NCBI GenBank assembly: GCA_964016885.1
Contig: OZ024743.1
Coordinates: forward strand, 325,810,001-325,874,000
DNA length: 64,000 nt
Direction of reading: 5' to 3'
From: Eledone cirrhosa
Taxonomy: Eukaryota
The notes under the pieces were generated by a model, which did no database searches, was not told where the DNA came from, and was given only the letters and a program-made list of their open reading frames with translations. Shown here in pieces: positions 29,601 through 44,600 of this stretch (positions within the stretch are counted from its first letter, which is position 1; the number at the start of each line of letters is the position of its first letter). A program made the translations under genes and the position numbers.

Positions 29601-32600
29601 GGTTAGCTTTGCCTTTCATCCTTACAGGGTTGATAAAATAAAGTACCAGCTACACACTGGGGTTGATTTAATTGACTTTCCGCTCCCCACAAATTGCTGG
29701 CCTTGCGCCTAAATCAGAAATCATTTTTAATTTTGAAGGCAAAATTTAACTGAAACGGTAGCATGAAACCACCAGAGTAATGACTACCTAGAAATTAATG
29801 AACTCTGTCAGCTACTGATTTTCTCTTGATTTTCATAACTGTTTTACATCTATTTTCTATACTTGCAATAGGTTACACAGGTCATCACATTCTGAGGCTA
29901 AATAAGATAGATGACTGTGCTCCACACGATTCATTCTGAAATGGTTTCTACAGGTGAATAGTAGAAAAGAGAGTTGAATGGACCTCCACTGGTTTCGATG
30001 ATGAATGTTCTAGTTGTTCAATCAATGGGACAGGCTGCTTGGCCACTTTATATGTTAATTTCATGAGCAGTCTGTTCTACTGATTGAACAACACCCATTG
30101 TCAAAACCAATGAAGGTTTGTACAACTCATTGTTGCCATTCACTCACTCTCACTTCTTGTACTCCCCTTCACCTCTCATGTTGTATATGCTGTTTTCTAT
30201 TGAATCTCCTTAACAATAATCTAGTAGATCAATATACTATATCTACTAATAGCCTCAGTCATTAACATGTGACAACCTCTCTAGTGACAGTGCCATGAAA
30301 AAACACACCCAGTCTGCCCTGTAAGGTAGTTGGCATTAGGAGGGCATCCAACCATGCATGAGCAAAATTGGTCATTCAGACCCATCAGCCAGCATAGAAA
30401 TTGGACATAAAATGTTGATGATTAAAATTAGCTGATTGCAATGTACCAACTAATTAACTATTTTATATGAAATAATTTACTGACCGCAGCATAGAAGATG
30501 TAGAAGACCACCACAGCCGCAAGGGAAAGGACGTAAAAGAGTGCAGTAAAGAACAACAATCCTGGAATAAAAAGTGGAAAGACATGAGATATAACAACTA
30601 TTAAAAACGACAAAATTAGAATAAATTAAAAAGTTCACATTAACTCATAACAGGAAGTATCTAAAACAGGTTTGTTAATTCAAATATTTATAGAATCTTT
30701 ACTAGTGGACAAATCTTTGTCTTTAATATTAAAATAAAGACTAATGCAGTTGAGTTAAACACACACTGGCAGTGACTCAAATTGGATAAGGGTATTAGCA
30801 TGGTCAATTAACAAAGAGTGAAAAATAGTGAATGGAAACTGAATTTGTTGAATGGAATAGATTAAGAATTAAAAAAATAGTAGCTCTAAAAGCAGGCAAT
30901 TATTCTCAACAGAAATCTATTTTTACACTAACCAGTGGAAAATAATTTATTTACATTATGTATTGTCAATCAACAGGAAATATCAGACCTAAGCTTCACT
31001 GATGAGGTGATCAGACTGAAACATGTCCAGTATTGTCTCCTGCACTTGTCAAAAGTATTAAAATAACAAATCACTATCTAATATTGTTTTTCATCACTAC
31101 ACAATTCTAGTAAGTTTTCTAACACTTAATGCATTAAATGATTTTTCTTCTAAATTTTTTAAGTCAGTCTCCAGCCTAGGGACTCATCAGGCCAGAGTTT
31201 GTCTCAGTTTCACTGATGTTAAGCAACTGAGAGGAAAAGATGCCTCCACTAAGACAGGATGTCGGTGTACCACAACCAGTATGTATTTTCTGCTGAGTTA
31301 ACTGGAACAATGAGAAATGAAAAGTTTTGCTCAAGAACACTATGCCGCTGAGTCCAGGAATCCAATGCACATGACACTACAATCGTGAGGACAACACTGT
31401 AACCACAGAGCTATGCACTGTCACTTTTTTAATGCTCCATACATTAACTCTTATCATCCTATAATGATTTAGCAGAAATATCTAAAAACGGACTTGTTAA
31501 TTCAAATGTTTATAGTATCTTTACTACTGGACAGATCTTTGTAAAAATTTGCAGTAAACTAAAGATCTGAATTTGTAATGTAATGCAGTCATATTGCTGC
31601 TTTGTATTTTTCAAGACTGCCTTACTATTGCAGTGTCAGGTGGTACAAGTCGTTAATTAAATATAATAACACTAACTTGATTAATGTTTTTCATGCAAAT
31701 GGTTCTCTGAATTATTTATAAAATATTCCAAACTTCTTGCCCGTCACACCTACATCAACACTTCAAATACTACGATTACCTAAGGAAAAGTTTGTCTAGC
31801 AAAATAAAACCTGTTGACATAAAATAGGTTCGAGACACATGGAGTGGACTTGTTCCAGTTGTTCGATCAACAAAACAGCCAACTCCTGAATTAACAAATA
31901 AGTGACTGAACATTCCACAGACACATGTACCCTTAATGTAATTTTCTGTGAGATTCAGCAAGGTAGCATGCGACAAGGGTGGCTCTCAAGTACACTTCTA
32001 TGTTGTTGATGGAACAATTAGGAAGTGTGCATATATTACTGGATGTGGACCAATCTCCACAAGGAGAGTCCTGGCTGTGCCAGTCGTATATTCAGTCCCT
32101 CCCTATGGATGGCTTGTCTGATGACAGCTGTGATCTTATTGAAATGTGGTAGCTTTAGGTAGCATATATTATTCTTAGGGGCATGTGTCCTTGTTCTTTT
32201 AAGTGATGTCCCTCTGGCATTTCAGTGTTTGCTGAGAGAAGTAGGGTAGTCGTTTTCAGAGAGAACTCTTTGGAATTCCACCATGTTAGTAGTCTATAAG
32301 ATGACGTGCAAAAAATGTAGCTCTTTATACATCGGAAGAACCATATGGAACACATGACAATGAGAGCCTCTCGACAGATGCTGCAACCAAGACATAAGGT
32401 CACCATAGAGGTGACTGAAAGGAATATGGGAAATTTAAGGATTAAGGAGATAAATAGGTCAGAAATGCACGAGGCAGAATTGTTACTGCAGCAACCCCGC
32501 ACATACGCATGTGTTTTACAAACCCAGACCAGTTAGGGAAAAAAACTGATTGCTTGTTTGTTTTGTCTTGGACTGTTTCAGTTTCGCGTCTGAAAAGAGG

Positions 32601-35600
32601 GTAATAGCCCTGAAATATCATGCTAAAATACACTGGGTAAAGCATTACTTTGTTTGGTTTCATTTGTCATTATTTGCTCTTCGTATTTTTCTATCACATT
32701 ATACCAGCTTTTTAAAAAGGTTTGCTAGTCTTTTACTATATATCTCAATGCTTTCTATTAACTACACTACTTTCTCTCTATATATAATACTGTGTGTGTG
32801 TGTGTATCTCAATGCTTTCTATTAACTACACTACTTTCTCTATATATAATACTGTGTATGTGTGTGTGTGTGTGTATGTATGTATGTGTGCCTGAGTTTG
32901 AATCCCTAAAACTCGAGAAGTACCCAACCGATTTTTTTCAAACTTTACATGTTTCAGGGAGTGTTATGCACATAAAAAATTCAACTTTTTGATCCCCTAG
33001 AGCCTGCATTAGGTGAAAAACTTTTTAGGGATTTTTGAGGCAGCTTTCAGATTTTCCCAAAATTTCAAGGCATATTATGCACATAAAAAAAATTCATTTT
33101 CTTGATCCCTAGGGCCCGCATTAAGTGAAAACCTGCATTTTTCCTGCTTCATCGAGGAAAATCTTTAAAATGATCCAGCCATCAGAGTATTCTGTTTATT
33201 TTCTTTACATATTGTCCAGGCATGCAGTTTTTCCACGATTAGGTCTGTTGGCGGCCCGCGTTCCAAAATACCTTATCCCGTGCAACGTCGGGTACCACTG
33301 CTAGTATATATATATGAAAGAATAATGAAAGAATGTTTGTCATACCAAAGTAATAGCATTTGGATTCTGTTTCTTCATATTTCTCAACCCAGCTTTCATT
33401 CCACCCATGAGCGAAGTCAACCAAGAGGATCAGTTGAATGAGGATGAAGAGCAAACCTCCAGCCATACCAATTCCCATCCAAGCTGCCAAACAGAATTAA
33501 GAATCAGAAATTGCTATTTTTATAAACAAAACAGTTGGCTTAAGAAAAATTGAAATTCAAAATGTGTGCACCCTAATGCAAATGACCATAATAATCAGTC
33601 ACTATAAATAGATGAGGAAATCAGATAAAGTACTCTTGGAGATGCCTCTGTCCTCTTTTTTCCATCTCCTAGGGTACTTTACTTGATTTATATAGTGATC
33701 AACTGTTTTTATGGTTATATTCATTAGGCTACACACATTTCAAATTACTATGTTTGTGTTTTTGAGAGTTTTTTTTTTCAATTTAAAAGTTTATGCTGAT
33801 CTGAGAAAAAAAAATTAAAATCTAAAAAAACTTACCCTGACCAAAGGCCCCACGAGGAATGAAAAAAGCACCAACTACAAGTCCTATCAAGATAAGGTAT
33901 TTGAAGAACCAAAACCTGGATAGACAATAAACACAAGATATTACTCAATTTTCAGCCACACACACAATGTCATTTTCTACATCTTAACATTGTACAACAA
34001 GTGTTTTAAAGCCATCTTTCCTACTGAAGGAGTTAGCTTTGCAGGCCCTATGACAACCTTTTCTATTCTTCCGTATTAACATCCCTCCTCACCACCCTCT
34101 TGGCTTTCATTTCCTCCTCCATTTTTAGTAATGTCTTTCTTGGTCTTCCACTTCCTCTACTTCCTTCCACATTAATTTCCATCACTACACTCACCCAGTC
34201 ACTTTTATGACCCAGCCATTCCATTTCTCTTCACAACATTTATAACTGGCTCTATTCTCATCATCCTCTCACCCAATGACTTTCATCCTTCTTCAATATA
34301 TGACCCAACCATCTCATTCCATTTCTCTTCACAACATTCATAACTGATACTAGTCCCATCATCCTCTGCAATTCATTGTTTTTCTTTCCCACAGAGATAC
34401 TCATCCACTAGACCATTCTCATTTCTGTTATTTCCAACCTTCACTGCTGCTCCACATTCATCACTCATGTGTCGTTCCCATAAATCCTCACACTTCTCGC
34501 ATATGCAGTATACACCTTTCCCTTCAATTTCAACAGCATTCTCCTCCTCATTAACACACCATTCAGTTCCTGGAACTTCATTCATATACATCTCACTCTA
34601 GATACTGTCACAGAATCTATCAACCCTCTCCATTCAATATGCAAGTACTGTCATCATCATTGTTTAACATCTATTTTCCACGCTAACATGGGTTAAACGG
34701 GTTGTCTCATTTGAGGCAAGTCAGGTGAACGTGTCTTGCTCATACAGAACTTTATCTGGCTTGGTCTCTACGGCTGGATGCCCTTCTTAACGCTAACCAC
34801 ATTTACAGTGTGTGCTAGGTGCTTTTTGTTGTGACACCTACACAACCACTTTACAATGTGGGCTGGGTGCTTTTCGTCAAGGCACCAAAACGACCACTTT
34901 ACAGTGTGAACTAAGGACTGGGGCAAGGGTTGTAATTTCAAGAAATTATATGAACAAAAAAAAAAAAAAAACTCAAACTACTCAAACATACCCATTTTGA
35001 ATTCCAGATCTTGGATCACGTGATGATTTTACATTTATCATAATAAGGCTGAATAAGAAGAAGAACGCAGTTGTGGCAAAGCAAACTCTATAGACAGCTA
35101 AATAACCAACAACATCATCACAAAACATTGTTTGGTTTACTGGATGAAGTGAATGATCACCAAAGAAGTTTTTACAAAGACCAGGTATCTGAAAATATGG
35201 ACAACAAAAGATAATTATATTTTAAGGGGGCCACCCTATATATATTTGGTCCAAAATTCATCATCTGACATAATACTGATCTAACACAAAATGAACTTAC
35301 CTTGTCAAGATCTGATCGTAAGCCTGGTATAAGCATAATGCTTGCAACAATTGTACTGAATAAGAGCATGACTGCATAGCCAATCCGACTTGCAGTAGAG
35401 CTCTTGCAACCTGGGCATGCTGAACAACAAAGGGAACATGCAGCACTGGTACAGCAACAGGCCAACTGAAAAATAAAATGGAATAATAATAGAAATTTTT
35501 TCAGGGATCTTGCAGATTTTGTTTTAAATACTAGTTAATCCCTTCAATAATAATCTGTCTGAGACCATCACTGATTCTATAATTAAAGCATAATTATATA

Positions 35601-38600
35601 TAAAAACCTTTTAAGTTATATTCCAAAGATCAGCTTAATAATGATAAATTTATTTTACTAAATACCTCCTAATTCTTGATATTTTTTTTTCCATTTTCAT
35701 CCTTAACTTTTTATCAGAACAGATCAGTTCTAAAAATAGTTTGTTGCGAGAACTAAGATATGTAAAATTGGTTTTAAAAAAAGATTTGAGCACTGTAGTA
35801 AAGTTTATCTCGGTATTTAAAAATGTGTTATGTTTGTATATAAAGAGCACATAATGTATCTATAATGAAACAAAGCACGAAAAAAAAAAAAAAAAAAAAA
35901 AAAAAATCACCTGATAGCAGCATGAATTAAGTAAATATGTTAGTGATAAATAAAACCTTTATTTTACATTCTTGGTTTCAGAGATACGTCTACATAGTTA
36001 CCTCATCTTCTCTATTTAGCAACCAAAATCTCCAACATTTACTCTAACATCTTTAAAATACAGACCACATTTAAAAAAATATTAAATCTTTAAATAGAAT
36101 GCCCAAAATAAAAATAGTGAAAACAATTGAAGAGTTAGTTTCACTGAAGTTTATATACAGGGTATCAGGTGTTATATACATTTTTCTGCAGGTAAGATGA
36201 ATGAAAGTTCCTGATACTAGTCATTGCTCTATGGTGAAAAACCTTTTGTTTTATAATGTTTGTATTTCAATTTAAACCATCCTTCATAATTTCATGTTAG
36301 AACATTTGTTATGATGAAAAAAAAAACAAGTTAATAATGAGAAAATTAGTTATATTACTAAATCTCTTCAAATTCTTGATTGTTTTCCAAATTATTTGAA
36401 ACACAGGCACTTTTTTCATTAAAAATATACAATTCATATGAACCTTCATTTTTTTTTTTATTATGAAGCAAGACCAATACATTATTTTGATGGTGCACTT
36501 ATTTTTTACCAAAGTCTTCTAGTTGTTTTATCAAAGAAACTAGCTACCAATTGTATTATAGTTTTAAATATTCTACAGACACTTGTTCCTTTAACATAAG
36601 ACTTAGATAGATTCAGTATGATACTGCTTAAGACAAGGCTGAGCCCTCAAATCAGATATAATCCACCTGATTTCCCCTACTCTCTACTGAAATTGGCTAT
36701 GTCAAGGAGCCAAGAAAGAAGCTTTCCTTAAACCTATCAACACCATTTTGAGGACACAAGTAAGAAAGAAATCCATCCAACATGTTTCTGTAGTTTCCAT
36801 CAAACCAAGTTCACTCATGAAGCTTGAGTTGAGCCAAGACTATGGTTGAAAACTCTTACACAAATATCTACTGCATGGCAGAATCAAACACAGAACTATA
36901 GCTATATATATCTGATTCTTCTAGCTAGTAGTAGCTCCCTCAGATAGCAGAGAGTGGAAAGGACAGAATAACTTCGTTTTTAGAACATGAAGACTCAGGC
37001 ACATAGTTCAGTAACTGGTCAACTACAGGCAGCTTTAATATGAAAGAGGTATGAACAAAATGAAAATAATTGTTTCTACTTTAGGCACAAGGCCAGCAAT
37101 TACCCAGTGCATTACTGGTACTTAATTTTATCGACCCCGTAAGGATGAAAGGCAAAGTCAACCTCGACGTGATTTGAACTCAGATCGTAAAGGGACATAA
37201 CTATGCTGGAAAGCATGGCGTCCGACCCTCTACCGATACTGCCAATCCACGAAAATAATAATCATCAGTTGTAACCCCTTTTTTTGCCAGTGTATAGGTT
37301 CAGTGAGCATAGAATCACAATCCTGCAACACCTTAAATGAGATAGCTAATTTTCAAGAATTACTTCTTGATATACCATATATTCTGCACATCCACACTAC
37401 ATGTCCACAACACTGAAGTCAATAGGGGAACATCTTCAGTTACTCAACCTTCTAGAAATAGCAGCAAATTTTCACTCAAATCACATGCTACTATCTTTAA
37501 AAGACGGACATAGATGGTGTAAGATACATTTTCTGAGAAAAGATGGTTGGAATTCTTTTGATTATAGGTTGGGACTCACTTGGGGAAAAATTAGCAACAA
37601 CATTAAGTCACCTTGCTAGAATATATCAGCTGATAATATTGCTGCGCGAGTGATTTTCTCAATAAGGGTCAAGAAGACTCTTCATGTTACCAACATGATA
37701 AAACACACCTAATACACTGTAAAATGGTTAGTGATAGGAAGGACATCCAGCTATAAAACAACTTGCCAAACAAAGGGTCACTAGGGTTCTTCTGTTATGT
37801 TAAAGACATGACTACCTCCTTAGTGCTGGTGTCATAATAAAATGCACTAGGTTGGCCTGAGATATCAGGATCTCCAATGAAATCCTGACTTTGTGACAAC
37901 CCATACAAACTCTTGCTAGCAGGGAAAATGTTAAATGAAGACGATTTATGCTCACAAAATAGCAATTTCATGTAACAACTGGGAAGTACTTTTTCTTCCA
38001 ACTCCAATGGATTTTATTCTCCACAAATTATTTATAAAAACAAATGTGTAGCATATGATAATATCTTTGCTAGAGTATCATGTCTGACATGATACTCTGG
38101 CAAAGCTCCTTGCATATAGATCAGTCAAGTAGTCCAGTTGCTCCAATAATAATATAGTCTGTTTGTGAAATTAACATACCAGTGGCTGAACATTCTAGAC
38201 ATGTGTACCCTCAGTGAGATTCGGTATAACAATGTGTGACAAGGCTTATACAATTACATTATTTAATGCAAGGCGGTGGATTGGCAGTATCGGTAGAGGG
38301 TCGGACACCATGCTTTGCAGCATAGAGTTACGGCCCTTGCCATTCTGAGTTCAAATCCCACCGAGATTAACTTGTAATGCACTGGGTAATTGCTGGCCTT
38401 GTGCCAAAAGTAGAAAAAATTATTTAATGCAGGGATCCCTAACGTGGTTGATATCAGCCTTCTGGGGCTTGACGTCACTACACAGAGGGTTGATTGAAAT
38501 TTTGAGTCAAAACCTGACTTTTGTATAAGAAATGGAAATACACAAATAATACAAAAGAAAACTTGTTTATACCAGTTTCTGATTTATATATAACTAGTAA

Positions 38601-41600
38601 TTATTTTCTATATATTTTATGGCTTGTTTACTGATTTATATATTTTTGTAGATGCCTGGAGTCAATGAGAGATCACAGATTACATGAAAGATTCATGGTT
38701 TTAAATAAGTATAGTCTTAAAATATTATATATTGTTTATTGATTTATTTTTGTACAGATCTTGGGTGGATAAACTAAAAAGTTTGGGACTCCCTGGTCAA
38801 ATATTTTCCTGTTATATGGTGTGATAGAAATTCAGCTGCTATTTCTAGCAGGTCTATTGACCATGTAGGGACTTTCACGCAGTCCAATTAGAAAAGTACT
38901 GACAGCAGCTATTTACACAAAGAAAGGTAAAACGAAATAAATTTAAAGAAAGACTACTGCTTCTGATGTAGTTAGTAGTCACATGTGAGTAAGTGAGAGA
39001 GACTATAAATAGATGCTTTTTTAACACACTACTGTAGATGTGAGTCACAGGAAAAATATATCACATTGATAACTACCAGAGGAGAGGACCTCCATCAGTT
39101 TCGACAATGTGATTTCCAGTTGGTGAAATTAATGTGTAAATGACTGAGCATTCCACAGATATGTGCCCTTAACGTAATTCTTAGGGACATTCAGCATGAC
39201 ATATAGGTTTGCTTAATCAGAGCTGACATGGAGACAAACAAGTTCACCCAGACTTAGAACGTGACAACCTAATTCATGCAAGCATGGAAAATAGACATTA
39301 AATGACGATGATGATGATGACAACCATGACAAGTATGTGTGATAAGGCTGGCCCTTTGAATTATAGGTAGTCAACTCGACAGGCTTCCAAACTATTTCAC
39401 TTACAAGGCATGGGTCAACCCAAAGATATGGGAAATGACACTTGTCCAAGATGCTAGCCATACAGTGGGATCAAACCCAGGACCTAATAATTACAAAGTG
39501 AACTTAACTATTTGGTCATATTACGTCATAGAACTATTGTTACACCTAAAACAAAGTCTATCCTCTCCAGAACAAATGTTAAACCCCAGAAAGAACAGTT
39601 TGGTTGTCTTGTTTTATCTTAAGAACTACCAGCAGAATCTACTCGTATTTAACACCTGGGCTACAATTTTGTTGTTAGTTTTTTTTTGTATTTGTAGTAT
39701 TTAAAACCAGAATATTAAATATATTGATAATGCACACAGCAGAATCGTGCTAAATAAAAAAAAAATTAATGTAAAAATGACGTTATATATAGATATAAAT
39801 GAAAACGTTATCTAAACAAAAATGTCAGTTTATATATATGTGTGTGTGTGTGTTTATACAATCACGTCTGTGAAGCCGTGTGGAGTTGTGTCCTTGAGCA
39901 AGACATTTTATCTCAGGTTGCGCCAGTTCAATCAACACTTGGCAAATGCATAAACAGCATCAACTTCTATTGGGCCATCTCTGAGGATCAAAACAACTGA
40001 GCTTCTACTTAATCATTCTATCAGCTAGAAGTAGTAAAAAATTTGCTTAAATCTTATCCTTTGGAGCACACACACATACTGGGGTACCAAAAAGTTCCTG
40101 GCTTTGGGAAAAAGAAAATACAGGAAGATCAGTTAATTATGATATTATTTAACCCATGTCTAACCCATGCTAGCGTGGAAGATGGACGTTAAACGATGAT
40201 GATGACGACTCCCCTCTCACATTGACACTTATTGCAGTGGTCCTATTTCCCCTGTGAAGGTAACAGCTCTACCCTTTCACGACACCCTTAAGCCAGGAAC
40301 TTCTCAGCATCCCAGTATATATATATATATATATATATTCGCAATCCCCACACAAGCCAGGTTACTGACTACCCCAAGGAATGCGCAGAGCTCATTACTG
40401 AATGGTAAGCAGGCATTTTCACTATTGAAGACCAGAATGTACGATCTCCACCACCTATGACACCGGACTCTATTACAACCATGGAATTTACACTTGCAAT
40501 GCTGCGACGTCACCTAAAAAATAAACGCAACCGTGTCTCTCCTGGTCTTGATGGTGTTACGTACCTGCTTCTTAAACGTGGTGAGTACTTCCTTCTGCAC
40601 CAGTTATCACGCTTCTTCCAATTCTGTCTGAACAACGGTGCTACTCCAGAAGAGTGGAAACTGCCAGTGTCATTCCTCTGTTCAAAAAGGGTGACCGCAC
40701 ATCACCTGTGAACTATCGTCCAGTCAGTCTTACTAGCTGCATTGCCAAACTGATGGAATCCTGTGTCAGAGAAACACTTTGGAACTTCTGGAGCTCTCAC
40801 AGTCTTATCCGGCCCTCGCAATTTGGATTTATCCCCAACTCCAGCTGCTGTGATCAACTTATCGACTTTCTTGAGGACATCACCCGGATCACTGATGGCG
40901 GCTCATGGGTGGATGTTGTTTACCTTGACTTTGCAAAAGCCTTCAATTCTGTGCCACACAAAAGGCTTATGGCAAAACTCTCTGCAATGGGTGTGAAGGA
41001 TGATCTTTTTAACTGGTTGAAGTCCTTCATTCTCACTCGAAGAGAGGTAGTCACGGTTCTGGGACAGCATATGGGATGGCATCTGGTGTACCACAGGGAT
41101 CTGTTCTTGGCCCCCTTTTGTTTGTGGCATATATTAATGACATAGATGCCAACTTAAAGAATGTCACAGTACTAAAGTATGCAGATGACATCAAGCTGTA
41201 CCTTGAGATAAAAAGGGCAGATCCTGAACACTATAGATCTTGCTTGCAGTCTGACCTGGACACAATGCAACAATGGATCTCAGACTGGCAACTCAAGCTA
41301 GCTGTGGACAAGTGCACCACCATGCATTTTGGGAGTAAAAACCCAGCGTCAACATACTCCCTCCACAGCACTAATATCAAGAAGTCTTCTTGTGAACGTG
41401 ACCTGGGCATTACGGTCAGCAGCGATTTGCATTGGACGAAGCACGTCTCTAAAATTGTCAAGAGGGCCGAGGGTGTCTTAGCATCACTCAGCAATACCTT
41501 TGTCAGCCGCTCTCCAGATATCTATTTAAGGTTGTACATGGCTATGGTGCGAGCACACTTAGAATTTGCATCACCAGTCTGGAACCCCTATCTTGCTCAG

Positions 41601-44600
41601 AACATTGACCGCCTGGAAACTGTTCAGAGACGTGCAACCAAGCGAATACCCTCCATCAGGCATCTACCATACTCTGAGCGCCTTGCTTCCCTGGGTATGG
41701 ATACATTGAAGCTCCGACGCCTGGCAACTGACTTGGTAAACACCCACAAAATTGTTAAACATCTTGCCAACAACAACCCTGAGTACCTTTTTGATTTCCA
41801 TGTGTCTAACACACGTGGACATGCCCACAAAGTCAGAAAACAGCACAGCTCCCATGACTTTCGGAAACATTTTTTCATGCTCAGAGTTGCTGAAGCATGG
41901 AACAAACTACCTGCATCAGTTGTTAGCTGTCGAGACATTGCATCCTTTAAGGCCTCCATGCTTCCCGAGATCCGCCAACACTACAGCTAATGTTCCCCCT
42001 CCATACACATACACACGTATACCATCACTCATACACTATTCACTTCTCTGACATTTGTGTATTATTCTATGTACTATACATACACCTTTGACGAGTTGTA
42101 GTGCACCTGAGCACTTTACACAATAATTTCATTATTATATATATATATATATAAATGGTTATTGTTGGAATGATTTTCATGATGGATCTGCTTAACGCTG
42201 ACTTGGGGATAAACAGGTTCTTTAAGACATGTAAAATAATAGCTGTGTGTGTGTGTATGTAGTCTGTTGCTGCTCAGTTTCTTGATGGATGCACTCTCTC
42301 AGGAGTTAAGTCAAGAAATATACTCAACATGTATTGAGTACTATTTGTCTCATTTGCTAAATAACACACACAATGTTCATGAATAATTATATACATTAAG
42401 TTGTGCATTAAGCAGCCAAAGTATATAATAAATTTATATCTGTATATTCAGTAAAGAAGTAACCAAGATATATAAAAATAAAAAACTAACTACCAAGATG
42501 AGTGCTAATAATAGGTAAATTCATACACGTTTCCTTGTGGTTTAGATGATATACACACCTTCTGATGAGAACCCAAAAAAGGTTCAAAGATCGATTCAAG
42601 ATATTTATCATTTTTTTCAATTTAGAGAAATACATAAAATTTCACATGTTTACATGTCTATATACTCATGGGTAATTTTATATACACATTTACAATCTCA
42701 GTTACCTCTGTATTGAATATATACAGATATAATTTTCTTTTAATTAATAATCACATACACATTCTCTAACAAGGAAATTAGATAGTGTTAACAATATAAT
42801 GAATTTGATTTACTTGGACAATGATTGTCACAATAACATTAAGTGATAATCTACAAAATTATGTTATGTTGCAATGTAAAATAGACTACAGCAATGCAGC
42901 AGTCTAATAGATGCACAGTTATTGACTGCATCACCATTTCACACACTATCGCGCCATTAAAAAAACTGATAAGTCTATCAGCTATTCTCATTCATTATCT
43001 GTTTTATATTCATTGTACTGCCAACACCATACACTCCCTCTAACCACCCTGTCAAATTCCAACATTCTTGTCATACACACTACATACTCTCCCTATATCA
43101 TTCCATTTTGAACTCCACCACATATATCATGCACCCATGACACTATACTTGTCATCCTTCCCTCTTACCTGTCACCAATCCTATCGCCTTCTACCTGGTC
43201 ATATCCTCCTAGATAGGATCATCCTTCAGTCATGATATATCAACCTCACTCAGATTAGTGTAAGGAAAAAAAAAAATGCATTCTGAACATGCTGTAAGGG
43301 GTTGGTGATAAGAAGAGCATCCAGCTGTTGAAACCATGCCAAAAAGGGATGAGAAAACTCCTCAGTTGTGTCAATGGTGCAATAAACTTTCTACTGTTGG
43401 TATGGACTTGATAAAACACACCCAGTACATTCTGAAAGTGATTGGTGATAAGAAGGACATTCAGTCATCAGTTGTGTCAAAGACATGACAACCTCCCTAG
43501 TGCATACCTGCCCAACTTTTGCTATCAGGGAAAACAGACATTAAATGAATATGATCTGCCAATGGCTATTTTAAAATTAGATTGTTATTATTAGGAATGT
43601 GAAGCAATGTGTTAATTCTATTCATTCTTTAAACTTGAATTAATGTTTAGCCCCCTGATCAAGTAGACTTATGATCAAAGTTTCCAGTCGATTCCATCCT
43701 GTCTTTTTTGTTTATCACAATAATATTGTCCAATGTGTCTTTCCTATTTTTAAAACATCAAGGTTTGACATGGGAAATTTGGCTGCTACTTTCTGTATAT
43801 CAAACGATTATATATATGTTCCCTCTTACTAAGAATGCAAAGAGGGGGAATGAAATAGGTTTTATAGTTTTTCTCATGTACACATGGGGTTTTTATAGTT
43901 TTTCTTGTGAACACAAGGGAGTGTAGAGTTTGTCTAACCCCCCTTTCCCTTTCTTTTGTTGTTGAATTTCTTTTTCTTCTATTCTTCATTTCCTTATTGC
44001 TTTATATAAATACTTCTGTAAATAAATGTATAATATTTCCCAAAGTGCAAATTGTACCGGACTAACAGAGCTACCAAACCACCAAATGCTTCCCATATGT
44101 ATATATGCACACATCTTCACCATCATCATCATCATCGCTTAACGTCCATGTTCCACACTTGCATGGGTTTGGACGGGAGTTTTCCCACTTGAGGCAAGAG
44201 TGGTTGTCTTGCTCGCATAGGACTGTCTGGCGGGTTTTCTACAGCTGGATGCCCTTCCTAACACCAACCACATTTACAGTGTGGGACTGGGAGGTTTTTA
44301 CCGTGTTACCTACACGGCCACATTACAGCGTGGACTGTGTGTTTTTAGTCGTGACACCTACACGATCTCATTTGTTTCGGCCTGGATGTTGTGGCACCAA
44401 CATAACTTTACATTGAAAGGGGCGGTGTGGATGGGTGGGGGTGGTGGGATGGGGGTGTATTTTGTTAGAGGTGCCTACTGACTGTAGTAGGTTTTACTTT
44501 GTATTTAGGTAAGGCGGGTCTTCTCTATTACTGAGTACCGCCAAAGATCTCGGTCCAGTGACATTATCTTGGAGAGGTGTAAGTGTGTGAGGTCGGAATT

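Noticed and set aside
30475-30484. Alternative GTAAAT donor 4 nt downstream of exon 6
   Set aside because: Gives phase 1, incompatible with the phase-0 start of exon 7
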